NCBI GenBank assembly: GCA_963678065.2 | Contig: CAXXVZ010000003.1 | Coordinates: forward strand, 2,240,001-2,304,000 | From: Treponemataceae bacterium | Lineage (GTDB): Bacteria > Spirochaetota > Spirochaetia > Treponematales > Rectinemataceae | Direction: 5' to 3' | DNA: 64,000 nt | In this document: in pieces, positions 9,576 through 18,928 of the stretch | Position numbering within the stretch: the first letter of the stretch is position 1 | Layout of the letters: each line of letters begins with the position of its first letter | Translations under genes and position numbers: made by a program | Notes under the pieces: generated by a model | What the model was told of the DNA's origin: nothing | Databases searched by the model: none | The model's input: only the letters and a program-made list of their open reading frames with translations

Positions 9576-10330
9576 ACCCGTTCAGCTACAGACCTCCCGC
9601 GGGCTTGACGACGGGCGCAGGCTCCGGCCAGGCGGGCATGCCAGGTACGGGCACAAAACTGATCTGCCTCGTCCTCTGCTCCACCTCCGCGTCGATCTGT
9701 TTTCCGGGCCTCCTCGTTCCGATGGCTCTCGCCATGTTCGCCCTCCTTTTCCGGCTCGGCGAAAAACCGGCAGACATCGCGCGTGGCGCACGATTCCTCA
9801 TCCCGATGGGCATCCTCATCCTCGCCCTCAAGCTCCTCGCGCCTGGGGACGGAAGAATCTTCGCCCCGGAAGAGCTGATTCCCGCCCTCGTCTATCTCGG
9901 GAGACTCTTCGTTGTCTTTCTTCTCGCCCAGGCCTTCTTCAGGTCGACGAGTGTCGCGGACCTCGGCGCGACAGTGACGCGGGTCACGCGCCTCCTCCCA
10001 CTGTGGAGGAAGGGGAAGGCCCCCGATCCAGGGCTCTACATCGGCCTCGCGGCGGGCTTTTTGCCCAAGAGTTTCGACCGCTACGACAAGGTCAGGGAAG
10101 CGGCCGTGGCGCGCGGGTTCGGAGCCAGACGCCCCAAGGCGGGCAGCCTTCTCTGCCTCATGGAAACAGTGATCTTTTCCTCGATCAAATCGGCGGTCGG
10201 CACGGCGGGGGCGCTCGAAGCCCGATGCTACAGTCCCGCGCGGACCCTCCCAGCCGCCAGGCGCGGCCGGGCCGATGCCGGACTCCTCGCCGCAGCGATT
10301 CTTGTCTTCGCCCTTTCCATCCTACTCTGA
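9572..10330 (+). CDS. ECF transporter T component (BioN/CbiQ-like)
   Basis: TM helices; ARG and EARCY coupling motifs; follows the ATPase. Confidence 0.8.
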   Translation: MNPFSYRPPAGLTTGAGSGQAGMPGTGTKLICLVLCSTSASICFPGLLVPMALAMFALLFRLGEKPADIARGARFLIPMGILILALKLLAPGDGRIFAPEELIPALVYLGRLFVVFLLAQAFFRSTSVADLGATVTRVTRLLPLWRKGKAPDPGLYIGLAAGFLPKSFDRYDKVREAAVARGFGARRPKAGSLLCLMETVIFSSIKSAVGTAGALEARCYSPARTLPAARRGRADAGLLAAAILVFALSILL

Positions 10331-10380
10331 AAACAGGCTTCCGCGGTCCTTCGCGATCCTCCCCGGCAGGCCGGCGCCTA

Positions 10381-10408
10381 TTGACCGCGCCGACGCCACC
10401 GGTATCAT
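10381..10408 (+). promoter_or_regulatory. Sigma70-type promoter of the deaminase gene
   Basis: TTGACC (10381-10386), 16 bp, TATCAT (10403-10408). Confidence 0.6.
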
Positions 10409-10420
10409 GTATCCCGAAGC

Positions 10421-10500
10421 CCGGGCAGGCCAGGAGCGCGCTGCAAGAGGTCCGCCGGACCTGGCGTGGCCGGCGCCGTCCACCACGCCGACCTGTTCGG
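10421..10500 (+). ncRNA. Candidate structured 5' leader RNA (riboswitch-like, unassigned class)
   Basis: P1 CCGGGCAGG/CCUGUUCGG, P2 AGGUCC/GGACCU, P3 GGCGUGG/CCACGCC; fills the space between promoter and RBS. Confidence 0.55.
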
Positions 10501-10517
10501 ACATTGAAGGAAACATC

Positions 10518-11003
10518 ATGAGTACAACGGAAAGGGACAGAACTCTGCTCGAACGGGCAGTCGACCTCGCGCGGGAGGCGAGAGAATCGGGAAATCATCC
10601 CTTCGGCGCCCTTCTGGCAGACGCCGAAGGCGCGGTGCTCCTCGAGGCGCACAACAGCTCGGGTTCCACCCGCGACTGCACCGGACACGCGGAGACCAAC
10701 CTCGCCCGGCTCGCGTCGACGAGCTTTCCGCGCGAAAAACTCGCCTCCTGCACGCTGTATTCGAGCGCCGAACCATGCGCCATGTGCGCGGGAGCGATCT
10801 ACTGGGCCGGAATCGGGCGCGTCGTCTACGCCCTGTCCGAAAGCGAACTTCTCGGCATCACGGGCGACAGCCCCGAGAACCCGACTTTGAGCCTGCCCTG
10901 CCGCGAGGTCTTCGCGAGGGGACAGAAAAAGATCGAGGTCGAAGGTCCCGTCGATGGGGTCGCGGGAGCGCGCAAGGTGCACGAGGGTTTCTGGAGATCC
11001 TGA
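10518..11003 (+). CDS. Nucleoside/nucleobase deaminase (cytidine deaminase fold, guanine deaminase/TadA-like)
   Basis: PFGA, HAE, EPCAMCAGA zinc motifs; start adjusted to ATG 10518 after GAAGGA. Confidence 0.9.
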   Translation: MSTTERDRTLLERAVDLAREARESGNHPFGALLADAEGAVLLEAHNSSGSTRDCTGHAETNLARLASTSFPREKLASCTLYSSAEPCAMCAGAIYWAGIGRVVYALSESELLGITGDSPENPTLSLPCREVFARGQKKIEVEGPVDGVAGARKVHEGFWRS

Positions 11004-11045
11004 AGGCTTCCCATCTGGCCGCAATGAACGAATCCCGGAGAGTCT

Positions 11046-11861
11046 TCAGGGCAGGGCGCAGGTCCAGGCATCGGAGGCGAATTTTTCCACGGCGAGGGCG
11101 CGGGCGGCGGCCATTTCCTCCCCGGAGAGCCGCTCCTCTTCCAGGCCGAAGCGTCTCCCGAAAGACCCTGTCATCGCGCGGATGATCTCCTCGCGGGAGA
11201 GATCCGTCTGAAGACTCAGGGGCCCCACCCTCTTGTTTGCCGAGGCGATTCCCTTGTCGGAAAGCCTCTCTTTGCCCGTCCGCAGCACCGAAAGCATGAG
11301 GGGAATGTTCATGCGGTACGCCATGGTCGTGTGGTGGAGGACGATCCCGCCCCTGCGCGCCTGGGCCGCGCCGGCGATCTTTCCGTAGGCGGAGGTTATG
11401 TCGTTTACCGGCTTGTACCACGCGTCGATCCCGAGCTCGCGGAGCGCGTCTACAGCCCAGGAATCGAAGAATTCGTAAGACTCGATGAAATCGAGGTCCT
11501 TCACGAGGCTCTCGGGCGCGTAGATCGAGTAGGTGATGGCGCCTTCCGGTTCGATGAACATCGTCCCGCCTCCCGTGATCCGCCTCACGATGCCGACGCC
11601 GAGAGAGCGCGCGGCGTCCACCTCGATTTCGTTCCTGATGGACTGGAATCTCCCGAGCACCGCGCAGGTCTCGGTCCAGTCCCAGATCCGGATCGACGGC
11701 CCCCTCGCCCCGGAGGCCAGCGAGGCGACAAGCAGCTCTTCGAGCGCCTGGTTGACCGCGCCCGGAAGGGGTTCGGTGCGGATGAGCTTCCACTGAAGGG
11801 AGGACCAGCGCGGGCCATGTTCGACGGGGCGGACGAGAGGCGGCAGGGCGGACTTGGGCAT
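11046..11861 (-). CDS. Lipoate-protein ligase A family protein (catalytic domain only)
   Basis: VRRITGGGTMF, NDI, KIAGAAQ, HHTT; start adjusted to ATG 11861. Confidence 0.88.
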   Translation of the reverse strand: MPKSALPPLVRPVEHGPRWSSLQWKLIRTEPLPGAVNQALEELLVASLASGARGPSIRIWDWTETCAVLGRFQSIRNEIEVDAARSLGVGIVRRITGGGTMFIEPEGAITYSIYAPESLVKDLDFIESYEFFDSWAVDALRELGIDAWYKPVNDITSAYGKIAGAAQARRGGIVLHHTTMAYRMNIPLMLSVLRTGKERLSDKGIASANKRVGPLSLQTDLSREEIIRAMTGSFGRRFGLEEERLSGEEMAAARALAVEKFASDAWTCALP

Positions 11862-11872
11862 GGAAGACTCCT

Positions 11873-13990
11873 TCACTTCGAATCGAGGACCCAGACTCCG
11901 TCCCAGGGTTCCGGCCTTTCGGCCGCGAGCGAAGCGCACTTCCGGAGGTAGGCGGCCGAGACGGGATCGACGGGAGCAAGCTCCGCGAAGATCGAGGCCG
12001 CGGCGCCGAAATCGCCCTTCGCGAAGAGGGAGCGGGCTTCCGTGAAAGCGCCCAGGTCCGGAATATGCACTCCCCGGGCCGGGACGCGCGGCTCGTAGAC
12101 ATCGACGGCTCCGCTCCTGCCGAGGACGGCGATCCGTGCGACGTACCGCATCGAATCAAGCCCGAAGGCTTCGGCGACGGCGCCTGAGACGAGAATGGAA
12201 GTTCCGAACACCTTGTTCGCCCCCTCGAGCCGGGACGCGAGGTTCACTGTATCCCCGAGAACAGTATAGTTGAAACGCATGCGCGAGCCCATGTTCCCCA
12301 CGACAGCCATGCCCGAGTGGACTCCGATGCGCATCCTGAATCCGTGAGATCCGGCGGTCAGCTCCGCGAGACGCGGGCGCAGCGACTTCAGCTTGTCCCC
12401 ACAGCGGAGGGCTGCATTCACCGCCCTGCGGATATGATCCTCCTGTTCCAGGGGGGCGTTCCAGAACGCGATGATCGCGTCGCCCTCGTATTTGTCGATC
12501 GTCCCGCCCTCTTCGAAGATGATCTCGCTCATCGCGGATAGGTATTCATTGAGGACAGCGGCCAGACGCGACGGGTCGAGCTTTTCAGCGAGCGCCGTGA
12601 AGCCTTCCAGATCGGTGAACATGACGGAAATCCCGCGCCTTTCGCCGCCGAGCCTCAGCGTTTCCGGTCTCTCGATGATTCTCTCGATGACGGCCGGGCT
12701 GAGATAGTGGCCGAAAGCGTTTCTCAGGAATGCCCTCTGCCTGCCCACCCTGACATATTCCGCGACAAGTATGGAAGCTATCGAGGCGAATACGGAAAAA
12801 CCGGATTCGACTATCCCGATCCAGTATCCGCCAGAGTAGGCGAGAAAGCCCGCGGCCGGCACCATGAGAAGGCCGGCAATCGCGACCAATGACTGGGAAA
12901 GCCGCGAGCGGGCGCGGGAAAACAGCAGCCCGAGAGCCAGACCGGCGGCCGCGGCGACAAGGTGGTCGAGCCAGGCCGGCAGCCTTTTCAGGAAGGAAGA
13001 ATCGAGGAGGCTCCGCAGGAAAAAGGCGTGGACATCGACGCCGGGGCCAGAGGCGGAAACCGGGGTTGCCTGTCTGTCATAGAGCCCCGGCGCGCTGAAA
13101 CCGAAGAACACGAAGGACCCCTCGAAAACGGCTGGATCGAGCTGGGGTTTGGACCCCGCGCGCAGGCTGATGGCCGAGGCTATCACCTCGGCGGCGTTGT
13201 ACCGCCGGAAGACCTTCTCGCGGAGCCCGAAGCGGGGCACAGCCCCTGTTTTCGCGTCCAACTTGAAGACAGCGCCCGAGCCGTCCCGAGCCCCGACAGT
13301 CACGAGGCCTGTCCCGGCATCGTAGCCGACAGGATTTTTCCCCGCCAGGGCCGCCAGTCCCAGAGAAGGATGCAGGCGATCCGTGCTATCCGCGAATGGC
13401 CGGTAATGCCTGAACACTCCATCCCGGTCCGGTTTCAGGGTCACGGAGCCTACGGGGGCTCCGGTCTGGGCGAGTTCGGGCGCAGGCAGAGCCCCGAGCG
13501 TCTTCTTCTCCGACAGGGGCGACACGCTCCCGCCCGGCGCCTGGTCCGTCGTCACCTCCGGCATTTCCGACAACACCACGTTGTCGGCCTTCCGTATGGC
13601 GGCGGCGAAGGCTCTGTCGTCGTCGACGCCATAGGATGAGGGTCCCGGGAACAGCACATCGAAAGAGGTGGATCGGGCCCGCGAACAGAATTCCGTCACG
13701 AGCCCGTACATCTCCCGGGGCCAGGGCCAGGTGACGTCGAGCTCTTTCTCGGCCCAATCCAGACTGTATTGATCGAGATAGATGAGGGTGATTTTCCCAT
13801 CGCCCCGGACTGAGCCTGAAAAAAACCTCGCGCGGAGGTCGAAGGCCATGTTTTCGAAACGGTCCAGCGCGCCCGCGAGTCCGAGGAGGAGAGCAAAAAG
13901 GATGCCTGGAAGGACGGCGAGCGCCGCACGGTGAGGAGGCAGAGATTTGCCGGAAACCGGTTCCCCGGTTCTTGCCTTTCTGTCCTTCAC
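11873..13990 (-). CDS. CHASE2-domain class III adenylate cyclase
   Basis: N-terminal TM; CHASE2 motifs WPWPR, FDVLF, DRDGVFR, GVDVHA; three TMs; cyclase motifs FTDLEGFT, DKYEGDA, GDTVNLASRLEG. Confidence 0.92.
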   Translation of the reverse strand: MKDRKARTGEPVSGKSLPPHRAALAVLPGILFALLLGLAGALDRFENMAFDLRARFFSGSVRGDGKITLIYLDQYSLDWAEKELDVTWPWPREMYGLVTEFCSRARSTSFDVLFPGPSSYGVDDDRAFAAAIRKADNVVLSEMPEVTTDQAPGGSVSPLSEKKTLGALPAPELAQTGAPVGSVTLKPDRDGVFRHYRPFADSTDRLHPSLGLAALAGKNPVGYDAGTGLVTVGARDGSGAVFKLDAKTGAVPRFGLREKVFRRYNAAEVIASAISLRAGSKPQLDPAVFEGSFVFFGFSAPGLYDRQATPVSASGPGVDVHAFFLRSLLDSSFLKRLPAWLDHLVAAAAGLALGLLFSRARSRLSQSLVAIAGLLMVPAAGFLAYSGGYWIGIVESGFSVFASIASILVAEYVRVGRQRAFLRNAFGHYLSPAVIERIIERPETLRLGGERRGISVMFTDLEGFTALAEKLDPSRLAAVLNEYLSAMSEIIFEEGGTIDKYEGDAIIAFWNAPLEQEDHIRRAVNAALRCGDKLKSLRPRLAELTAGSHGFRMRIGVHSGMAVVGNMGSRMRFNYTVLGDTVNLASRLEGANKVFGTSILVSGAVAEAFGLDSMRYVARIAVLGRSGAVDVYEPRVPARGVHIPDLGAFTEARSLFAKGDFGAAASIFAELAPVDPVSAAYLRKCASLAAERPEPWDGVWVLDSK

Positions 13991-13999
13991 TCGCTCATC

Positions 14000-14962
14000 T
14001 CACAGGAGGCCGACCATGAGCCTGAACCGCGCGCCGCGCACAGCGTCCCTCCGCGCGGTCTCCGGTGTGGATACGTCCTGCGCGGCGCCCGCCGCGGCGG
14101 TCTTGGCGGGGTACTTCGGTTGCCTGAGGTTGGCAAGACGGAGATCCGGGCTCGGATGTGTCGCCCCGAAACCCCTTTCCCCGGAACGGAGCACCGCCCT
14201 CATGGTCACGAGCAGCGATTCCAGGGCGGCCGGGTTATAGCCCGCGGCGATCAGAATGGATCGGGCCTCGAGATCGGCGTCGAATTCCGTAATCTGCGAG
14301 TAGCCGGATTTCACGAGAGTGGTCGTTATGTCCTGGATCGAATCCCCGAACACTTCCGAAAAGCGCGCGACGTCGGCGCCGCCCATTTTGCCAGCCTCGA
14401 CCGCGAGCTTACCCACCGCCTCGCCGAAACGGGCGCTCCTTATCGAGTTCACGCCGTGCCTGTGCGCGACATGGGCGATTTCGTGGGCGAGGATGGCGGC
14501 GAGCTCGTCCTCGCTGCGCGCGCAGGACAGAAGCCCCCTCGTGACGAGTATGTGCCCGCCCGGAGTCGCGAAGGCGTTTATCTCGAGACTGTCGAGAGCG
14601 AGGAAGCGGTAGCCCTTGTAGATTTCCGGCCTGTCCGAGAACTGCGCGAGCCCTTGGCCGAGCAGGTTCAGATAGCGGTTGACCTCCGGAACGTCGAAGA
14701 CGGAGTACTGTTCCAGGACCTTGGCTCCGACGGACCTGCCGATGTAGTACTCCTGCTCCGGCGTGATATCCTTGGCCACCGACTGCAAGGCGCTGGCGGC
14801 GTTCCCGAGAAAGGAGGCCTGCTGACTTGTCAGCACAGCCTGCCGACCCGCCTCCGTGCCCACCTCGCCTAACACCTTGATCACGCTCTGACAGCCGAAA
14901 AACAGCGCCGAAACCAGAAAGAAAGCCAGCGTCGACGCGAGAAGGATGCGCGGCCGCCTCAT
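14000..14962 (-). CDS. M48-family metallopeptidase lipoprotein
   Basis: Lipobox FFGC, INAFATPGG, HEIAH, EFDAD, THP; start adjusted to ATG 14962. Confidence 0.88.
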   Translation of the reverse strand: MRRPRILLASTLAFFLVSALFFGCQSVIKVLGEVGTEAGRQAVLTSQQASFLGNAASALQSVAKDITPEQEYYIGRSVGAKVLEQYSVFDVPEVNRYLNLLGQGLAQFSDRPEIYKGYRFLALDSLEINAFATPGGHILVTRGLLSCARSEDELAAILAHEIAHVAHRHGVNSIRSARFGEAVGKLAVEAGKMGGADVARFSEVFGDSIQDITTTLVKSGYSQITEFDADLEARSILIAAGYNPAALESLLVTMRAVLRSGERGFGATHPSPDLRLANLRQPKYPAKTAAAGAAQDVSTPETARRDAVRGARFRLMVGLL

Positions 14963-15546
14963 TCTTTCCCCCCGATGAAATCGAGGGTCGCTGCCTCGTC
15001 GAATCCGAAACCTTCCATTTTGTCGATCCAGGAATAATCGAGGAGGGAGGACTCCCTGTACGAATCCTCTATGGACTTGTTGAAGCCCCGCCCCGCGAGT
15101 ACGATCTCGGACTCGGTGACTCCTGACTTGGCAGGGCCCGGAATCACTCCGGACTTCACGGAACCCGCGGCCACGCCGGGGATCTTCTTCGCGGCAAGGG
15201 CCGAAGCGCGCACCCACCCATAGCCCGTTCCCTTGTCGAGGGCGACCATGATACGTGACCATCCGTCCTTCGTCTCGACGACGCTGACCCGCACCCCGTA
15301 TCCGAGGTATCCCAGAATCGCCCCGGCCACGGAAGCCGTCTCCCGCACCGCGGTCCTGGCCACCTGGACGCTCATCCCTGTCGACGAAAGCGCGCCGGCC
15401 GACTGCGCGATTATCTTCCCGGAAAAGACGAAGCAGAGAACCAAAAACAAGGAGACGAGGACGGCCGCGCGGCTCCGGTCGCCACATGCCCGCGGCCCGC
15501 ATGTCGGTCTTCCGGAGGAGATAGTGCCCGCAAAGCGTCCGCCCAT
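14959..15546 (-). CDS. Secreted SH3-domain protein (start uncertain)
   Basis: Signal-like hydrophobic stretch; VR...G..V.V...DGW..I...GWV SH3b pattern; C-terminal LAGRGF. Confidence 0.7.
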   Translation of the reverse strand: MGGRFAGTISSGRPTCGPRACGDRSRAAVLVSLFLVLCFVFSGKIIAQSAGALSSTGMSVQVARTAVRETASVAGAILGYLGYGVRVSVVETKDGWSRIMVALDKGTGYGWVRASALAAKKIPGVAAGSVKSGVIPGPAKSGVTESEIVLAGRGFNKSIEDSYRESSLLDYSWIDKMEGFGFDEAATLDFIGGKE

Positions 15547-15695
15547 TCCTGAAATCACAGAGTGGCCCAACATACTCCTACCATATCGCGGATCCGCGAT
15601 TTTTCCAGATCCCTCTTGCGGATAAGCCATGTATTCACAGTGCATACACATTATGCCCTATGTGCCCGAGATCCCGGCGGCCATCCCGGGCCGTC

Positions 15696-15926
15696 TCAGT
15701 AGTGCGGTGGTCTTTCATTCACAGGAAGGGAGGGTTCCTTCTCCTGGGCTATCTCTTTCAGCTTCTCGGCCATCTTTCCGACGATTTTTTCGAGCCGCGC
15801 GACCCGCTGGGAGAGTTCGAAAATCTGGGCGCCCGATTCGTCGAGAGCCCGCTGATGATATGCATCCATCGTTTCGAGGCCGATGAGCCTCTCCTCGATC
15901 CCGGATTCGATCCCGTCTGTGTTCAC
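15696..15926 (-). CDS. slyX: SlyX family protein
   Basis: RLIGLE..AYHQ coiled coil and C-terminal ERPPHY; GTG start overlaps the sbcB stop. Confidence 0.85.
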   Translation of the reverse strand: MNTDGIESGIEERLIGLETMDAYHQRALDESGAQIFELSQRVARLEKIVGKMAEKLKEIAQEKEPSLPVNERPPHY

Positions 15927-17398
15927 GATTCCTCCCCGTAGGAGAGCACTTCCCGCTCGATGGCCGATTTCCAGTCCAGAAGGGCGTGCAGGATACTCCT
16001 CTCCCGGGCCGGCACCGACCTGTCCGCGATCCGGCCCTCTATGAATTGCGCATATTCGGAGATCCCGAAAACTCCCGCGACAGGCGGCAGCTGCATCCTC
16101 CCCGCGCAGAAGGCGCGCCACTGGGCGGCCTCCGCGACCGAGAGGGTCTCGGGAAAATTTCTTGCGTAAAGCCTGCGCACGAGGACGGGAATCCGCTCGT
16201 CCCGGAACTCGGCCTTGTAGGCGACTTCCTTGGCGAGCGCGGCGCCCTTCGCGGCGATCGCCTCGTGGATACGCGTCATCTTCACCTTGTCGCCGTCGGG
16301 GTAGAAGCCGCCCGAGTATATTCTCAGTTCCGGATCCGCCGAGTCCGGAGTCTGGACGGGCCCCGCGAACACAGCCACGAGCTTCTGCACCAGTTCGGGA
16401 TGCGAGGCGATGAAGGCGAGCCGCCTGCCACAGAGGCCGGTATCGATGCCGAGCCTCTGGGACGCCGCCGCGCCAAGAGTGGAGACAGGAGCGAGGAATG
16501 GGCAGCGGTTGAGCCTGATGCGCGACAGGGGGACCCTATCCGTATCCAACTCCGCCGCCTTCGTGAAGACTCGCCTTCTGATCTCGTCGACATCCAGGTC
16601 GACGAGAGGCTCCGGGTCGTAGCGCAGGTCGATGGCGACGAGCTGATTGCCGTTCTCGGGGTCCATCGCGACGGGGGCTACGAGCGTCGTGCAGCCCCGC
16701 TCCGAAGTGTACTCCGCGGCGGCGTGGACGAGCATCTTCCGGTCGGCCAGATCGACGAGGGGCCGCAGACTTCCCCGGAAGCGGTGGGTGAAGTACCAGT
16801 CGTAGAGCTTGGGCTGCCTCGCCTTCACGAGACGCGCGAGACCAATCGTCGCGCCGACATCGTAGAGCGCGTCGTGGGCCACCCCGTGGGCTATCCCGTT
16901 TGCCTTGGCCAGCACCTCCAGCTTGAAGATCGGCCGGCCGGCCGCGTCCTCCGGCCAGACAATGCCCTCCGGGCGCAGATCGCGCGCAGCCCGCATAAGG
17001 TCGATGATATCCCAGCGACTGTTCCCATCCTTCCACTCCCGCTCGTACACATCGTAGAGGTTCCTGTAAAACAGGTTGCGGATGAACTCGTCGTCGAACT
17101 GGAGGGAGTTGAAACCCGCCGTAGTCGTGGATGCCACGCTCATCTCGGCGCGGATGCGGGTCGCGAACTCGTATTCGGACAGGCCTTGTTCGAGCGCGTG
17201 CTGAGGGATGATGCCGTGGACGAGGCAGGACTGGGGGCTCGGGAGATAGTCGGGCGTCGGCTTGCAGTACAGGACGACAGGTTCCCCGATCTGGTTCAGG
17301 TTTTCATCCGTCCGGATACAGGCGAACTGCGCTATCCGGTCGTAGCGGGAATCGAGTCCGAAAGTTTCGAGGTCGTACCAGAGAATGCTTGCCGCCAT
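15923..17398 (-). CDS. sbcB: Exodeoxyribonuclease I
   Basis: WYDLETFG, DRIAQFA, FDDE, AHDALYDV, IYSGGF. Confidence 0.93.
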   Translation of the reverse strand: MAASILWYDLETFGLDSRYDRIAQFACIRTDENLNQIGEPVVLYCKPTPDYLPSPQSCLVHGIIPQHALEQGLSEYEFATRIRAEMSVASTTTAGFNSLQFDDEFIRNLFYRNLYDVYEREWKDGNSRWDIIDLMRAARDLRPEGIVWPEDAAGRPIFKLEVLAKANGIAHGVAHDALYDVGATIGLARLVKARQPKLYDWYFTHRFRGSLRPLVDLADRKMLVHAAAEYTSERGCTTLVAPVAMDPENGNQLVAIDLRYDPEPLVDLDVDEIRRRVFTKAAELDTDRVPLSRIRLNRCPFLAPVSTLGAAASQRLGIDTGLCGRRLAFIASHPELVQKLVAVFAGPVQTPDSADPELRIYSGGFYPDGDKVKMTRIHEAIAAKGAALAKEVAYKAEFRDERIPVLVRRLYARNFPETLSVAEAAQWRAFCAGRMQLPPVAGVFGISEYAQFIEGRIADRSVPARERSILHALLDWKSAIEREVLSYGEES

Positions 17399-17405
17399 GT
17401 CCTAG

Positions 17406-17434
17406 ACTATACCGACCACGGCGCCGACCGGCAA
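17406..17434 (-). promoter_or_regulatory. Promoter of sbcB (probably a leaderless mRNA)
   Basis: Minus strand TTGCCG, 17 bp, TATAGT, then 7 nt to the ATG. Confidence 0.7.
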
Positions 17435-17593
17435 CACCGCCGATTGCCGGCCTGCCACGAGGACTGCCGGGTCCGGCGCATTCTCCGGCCCTCCGCCCTC
17501 GTGTTCCGGCCCCGGGACCGACCCTGAACCCCTTCCGCGGCAAGCCCCAGTCTTGACCATCCGGGCTCTCCCGTGCGAGTACATCACCCATAC

Positions 17594-18385
17594 ATGAACA
17601 ACTACCACACCCACACGTTCCGCTGCCGCCACGCGGAGGGAGAAGTCGACGAGTACGTACGGCAGGCTGTAAAAGCGAAAATGGCCGAAATCGGCTTCTC
17701 CGACCACGCAGCCCTGCCCGACGACCGCTGGACCGACATGCGCATGTACCACTCCGAACTCAAGGACTACCTCTACGCCATCGCCGAGGCCCGGCAGGAG
17801 CAGGGCTCCATGATCCGCATCCTCTCCGGCTTCGAGGCGGAGTGGATTCCAGAGTACGCCGAGTATTTCCGCGAGGAATATCTCGGCAGGCTCGGCATGG
17901 ACTATCTCGCCGCGGGAATCCACTACTACCGCTTCCGCGGCGAGTGGGAAGACAGCTTCGCCCTCAGAACCCCGGCCATGCTCGCCGCCTTCGCGGCGCA
18001 CACTCAGAAAGCCCTCGCCTCCGGACTCTTTTCCTTCCTCGCCCACCCCGACGTATTCTGCTACAGCTGGCTTCCCTGGGACGCGAATGCCGTCGCCTGC
18101 GCCCGGGATATTCTCGCCGCCGCCGAGGAGACCCGCATTCCCCTCGAGATCAATGGCTACGGCCTGCGGAAACCCAAAATCCACACCCCCGAAGGTAGGC
18201 GGCCGCCCTACCCCCACAGCGAATTCTGGCGCCTCGCCTCCGCGTACAAGGTCCGCGTCATCGTCAACTCCGACGCCCACAGGCCGGCCGACGTCGCCGC
18301 AAAAATCGAGGAAGGACGCGCGCTCGCCGCGGAGTGCGGCCTGACCGTCCTCGAAACCCTCGACCCCTCCGTCGTCCGATCCTGA
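17594..18385 (+). CDS. PHP-family phosphatase (HisJ-type histidinol-phosphatase-like)
   Basis: NYHTHT..C.HA, GFSDH, AHPD, EING, NSDAH. Confidence 0.85.
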   Translation: MNNYHTHTFRCRHAEGEVDEYVRQAVKAKMAEIGFSDHAALPDDRWTDMRMYHSELKDYLYAIAEARQEQGSMIRILSGFEAEWIPEYAEYFREEYLGRLGMDYLAAGIHYYRFRGEWEDSFALRTPAMLAAFAAHTQKALASGLFSFLAHPDVFCYSWLPWDANAVACARDILAAAEETRIPLEINGYGLRKPKIHTPEGRRPPYPHSEFWRLASAYKVRVIVNSDAHRPADVAAKIEEGRALAAECGLTVLETLDPSVVRS

Positions 18386-18404
18386 GCGAGGGCGGCCCCA
18401 CCTC

Positions 18405-18446
18405 TTGCCGCGTTCAAACTCTTTTCAATATAATTCATATATCGAA
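18405..18446 (+). promoter_or_regulatory. Promoter with an overlapping AT-rich inverted repeat (MarR operator candidate)
   Basis: TTGCCG, 18 bp, TATAAT (18429-18434); TTCAATATA-5-TATATCGAA at 18424-18446. Confidence 0.65.
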
Positions 18447-18466
18447 TCATTCAGTAGGGGAATAAA

Positions 18467-18928
18467 ACGAACTCCGAACTGCTTCACCGTCTGATCCGGC
18501 TCTTCGATGAAAAACGGCATCTCCAGAAAGAGAGCTCGGGACTCAAGACCGTCCCCGTCCACATTCTTCAGCTGATAGTGGAAAGGAAGGCGGCCAAGAC
18601 GCTCGATCTGGGCAGGGAGGCCGGAATTCCGCCCGCAACCCTCATCGGCATCCTGGACGAGCTGGAAAAGAGAGGACTTGTGGCCCGCGTCCGGTCTCCG
18701 GAGGACAAGCGCGTCGTCATGGTGACGCCGACTCCCGGGGCCTCCGCGATCGTCGAACGCCACCGCATGGAAGACTGCAATTTCATGGAGAACCTGGCTT
18801 GCACTCTCGAACCGGAAGAAATGGCCGAGCTGGACAGGCTTCTCGTCAAGCTGCTGGATTCCATAGAGGATATCCGGGCGCTTCTCGAAGCCCCACACAG
18901 CCCAAGAGTTGAGGAAGGAAAGACATGA
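18467..18928 (+). CDS. MarR-family transcriptional regulator (apparent non-canonical ACG start)
   Basis: LDELEKRGLVAR..SPEDKR winged helix; frame is open back to in-frame TAG at 18455; AGGGGA RBS precedes ACG 18467. Confidence 0.8.
   Translation, partial: TNSELLHRLIRLFDEKRHLQKESSGLKTVPVHILQLIVERKAAKTLDLGREAGIPPATLIGILDELEKRGLVARVRSPEDKRVVMVTPTPGASAIVERHRMEDCNFMENLACTLEPEEMAELDRLLVKLLDSIEDIRALLEAPHSPRVEEGKT

Noticed and set aside
10275..10517. 81-residue N-terminal extension of the deaminase in the ORF track
   Set aside because: It overlaps the upstream gene, promoter and structured leader; the RBS supports ATG 10518
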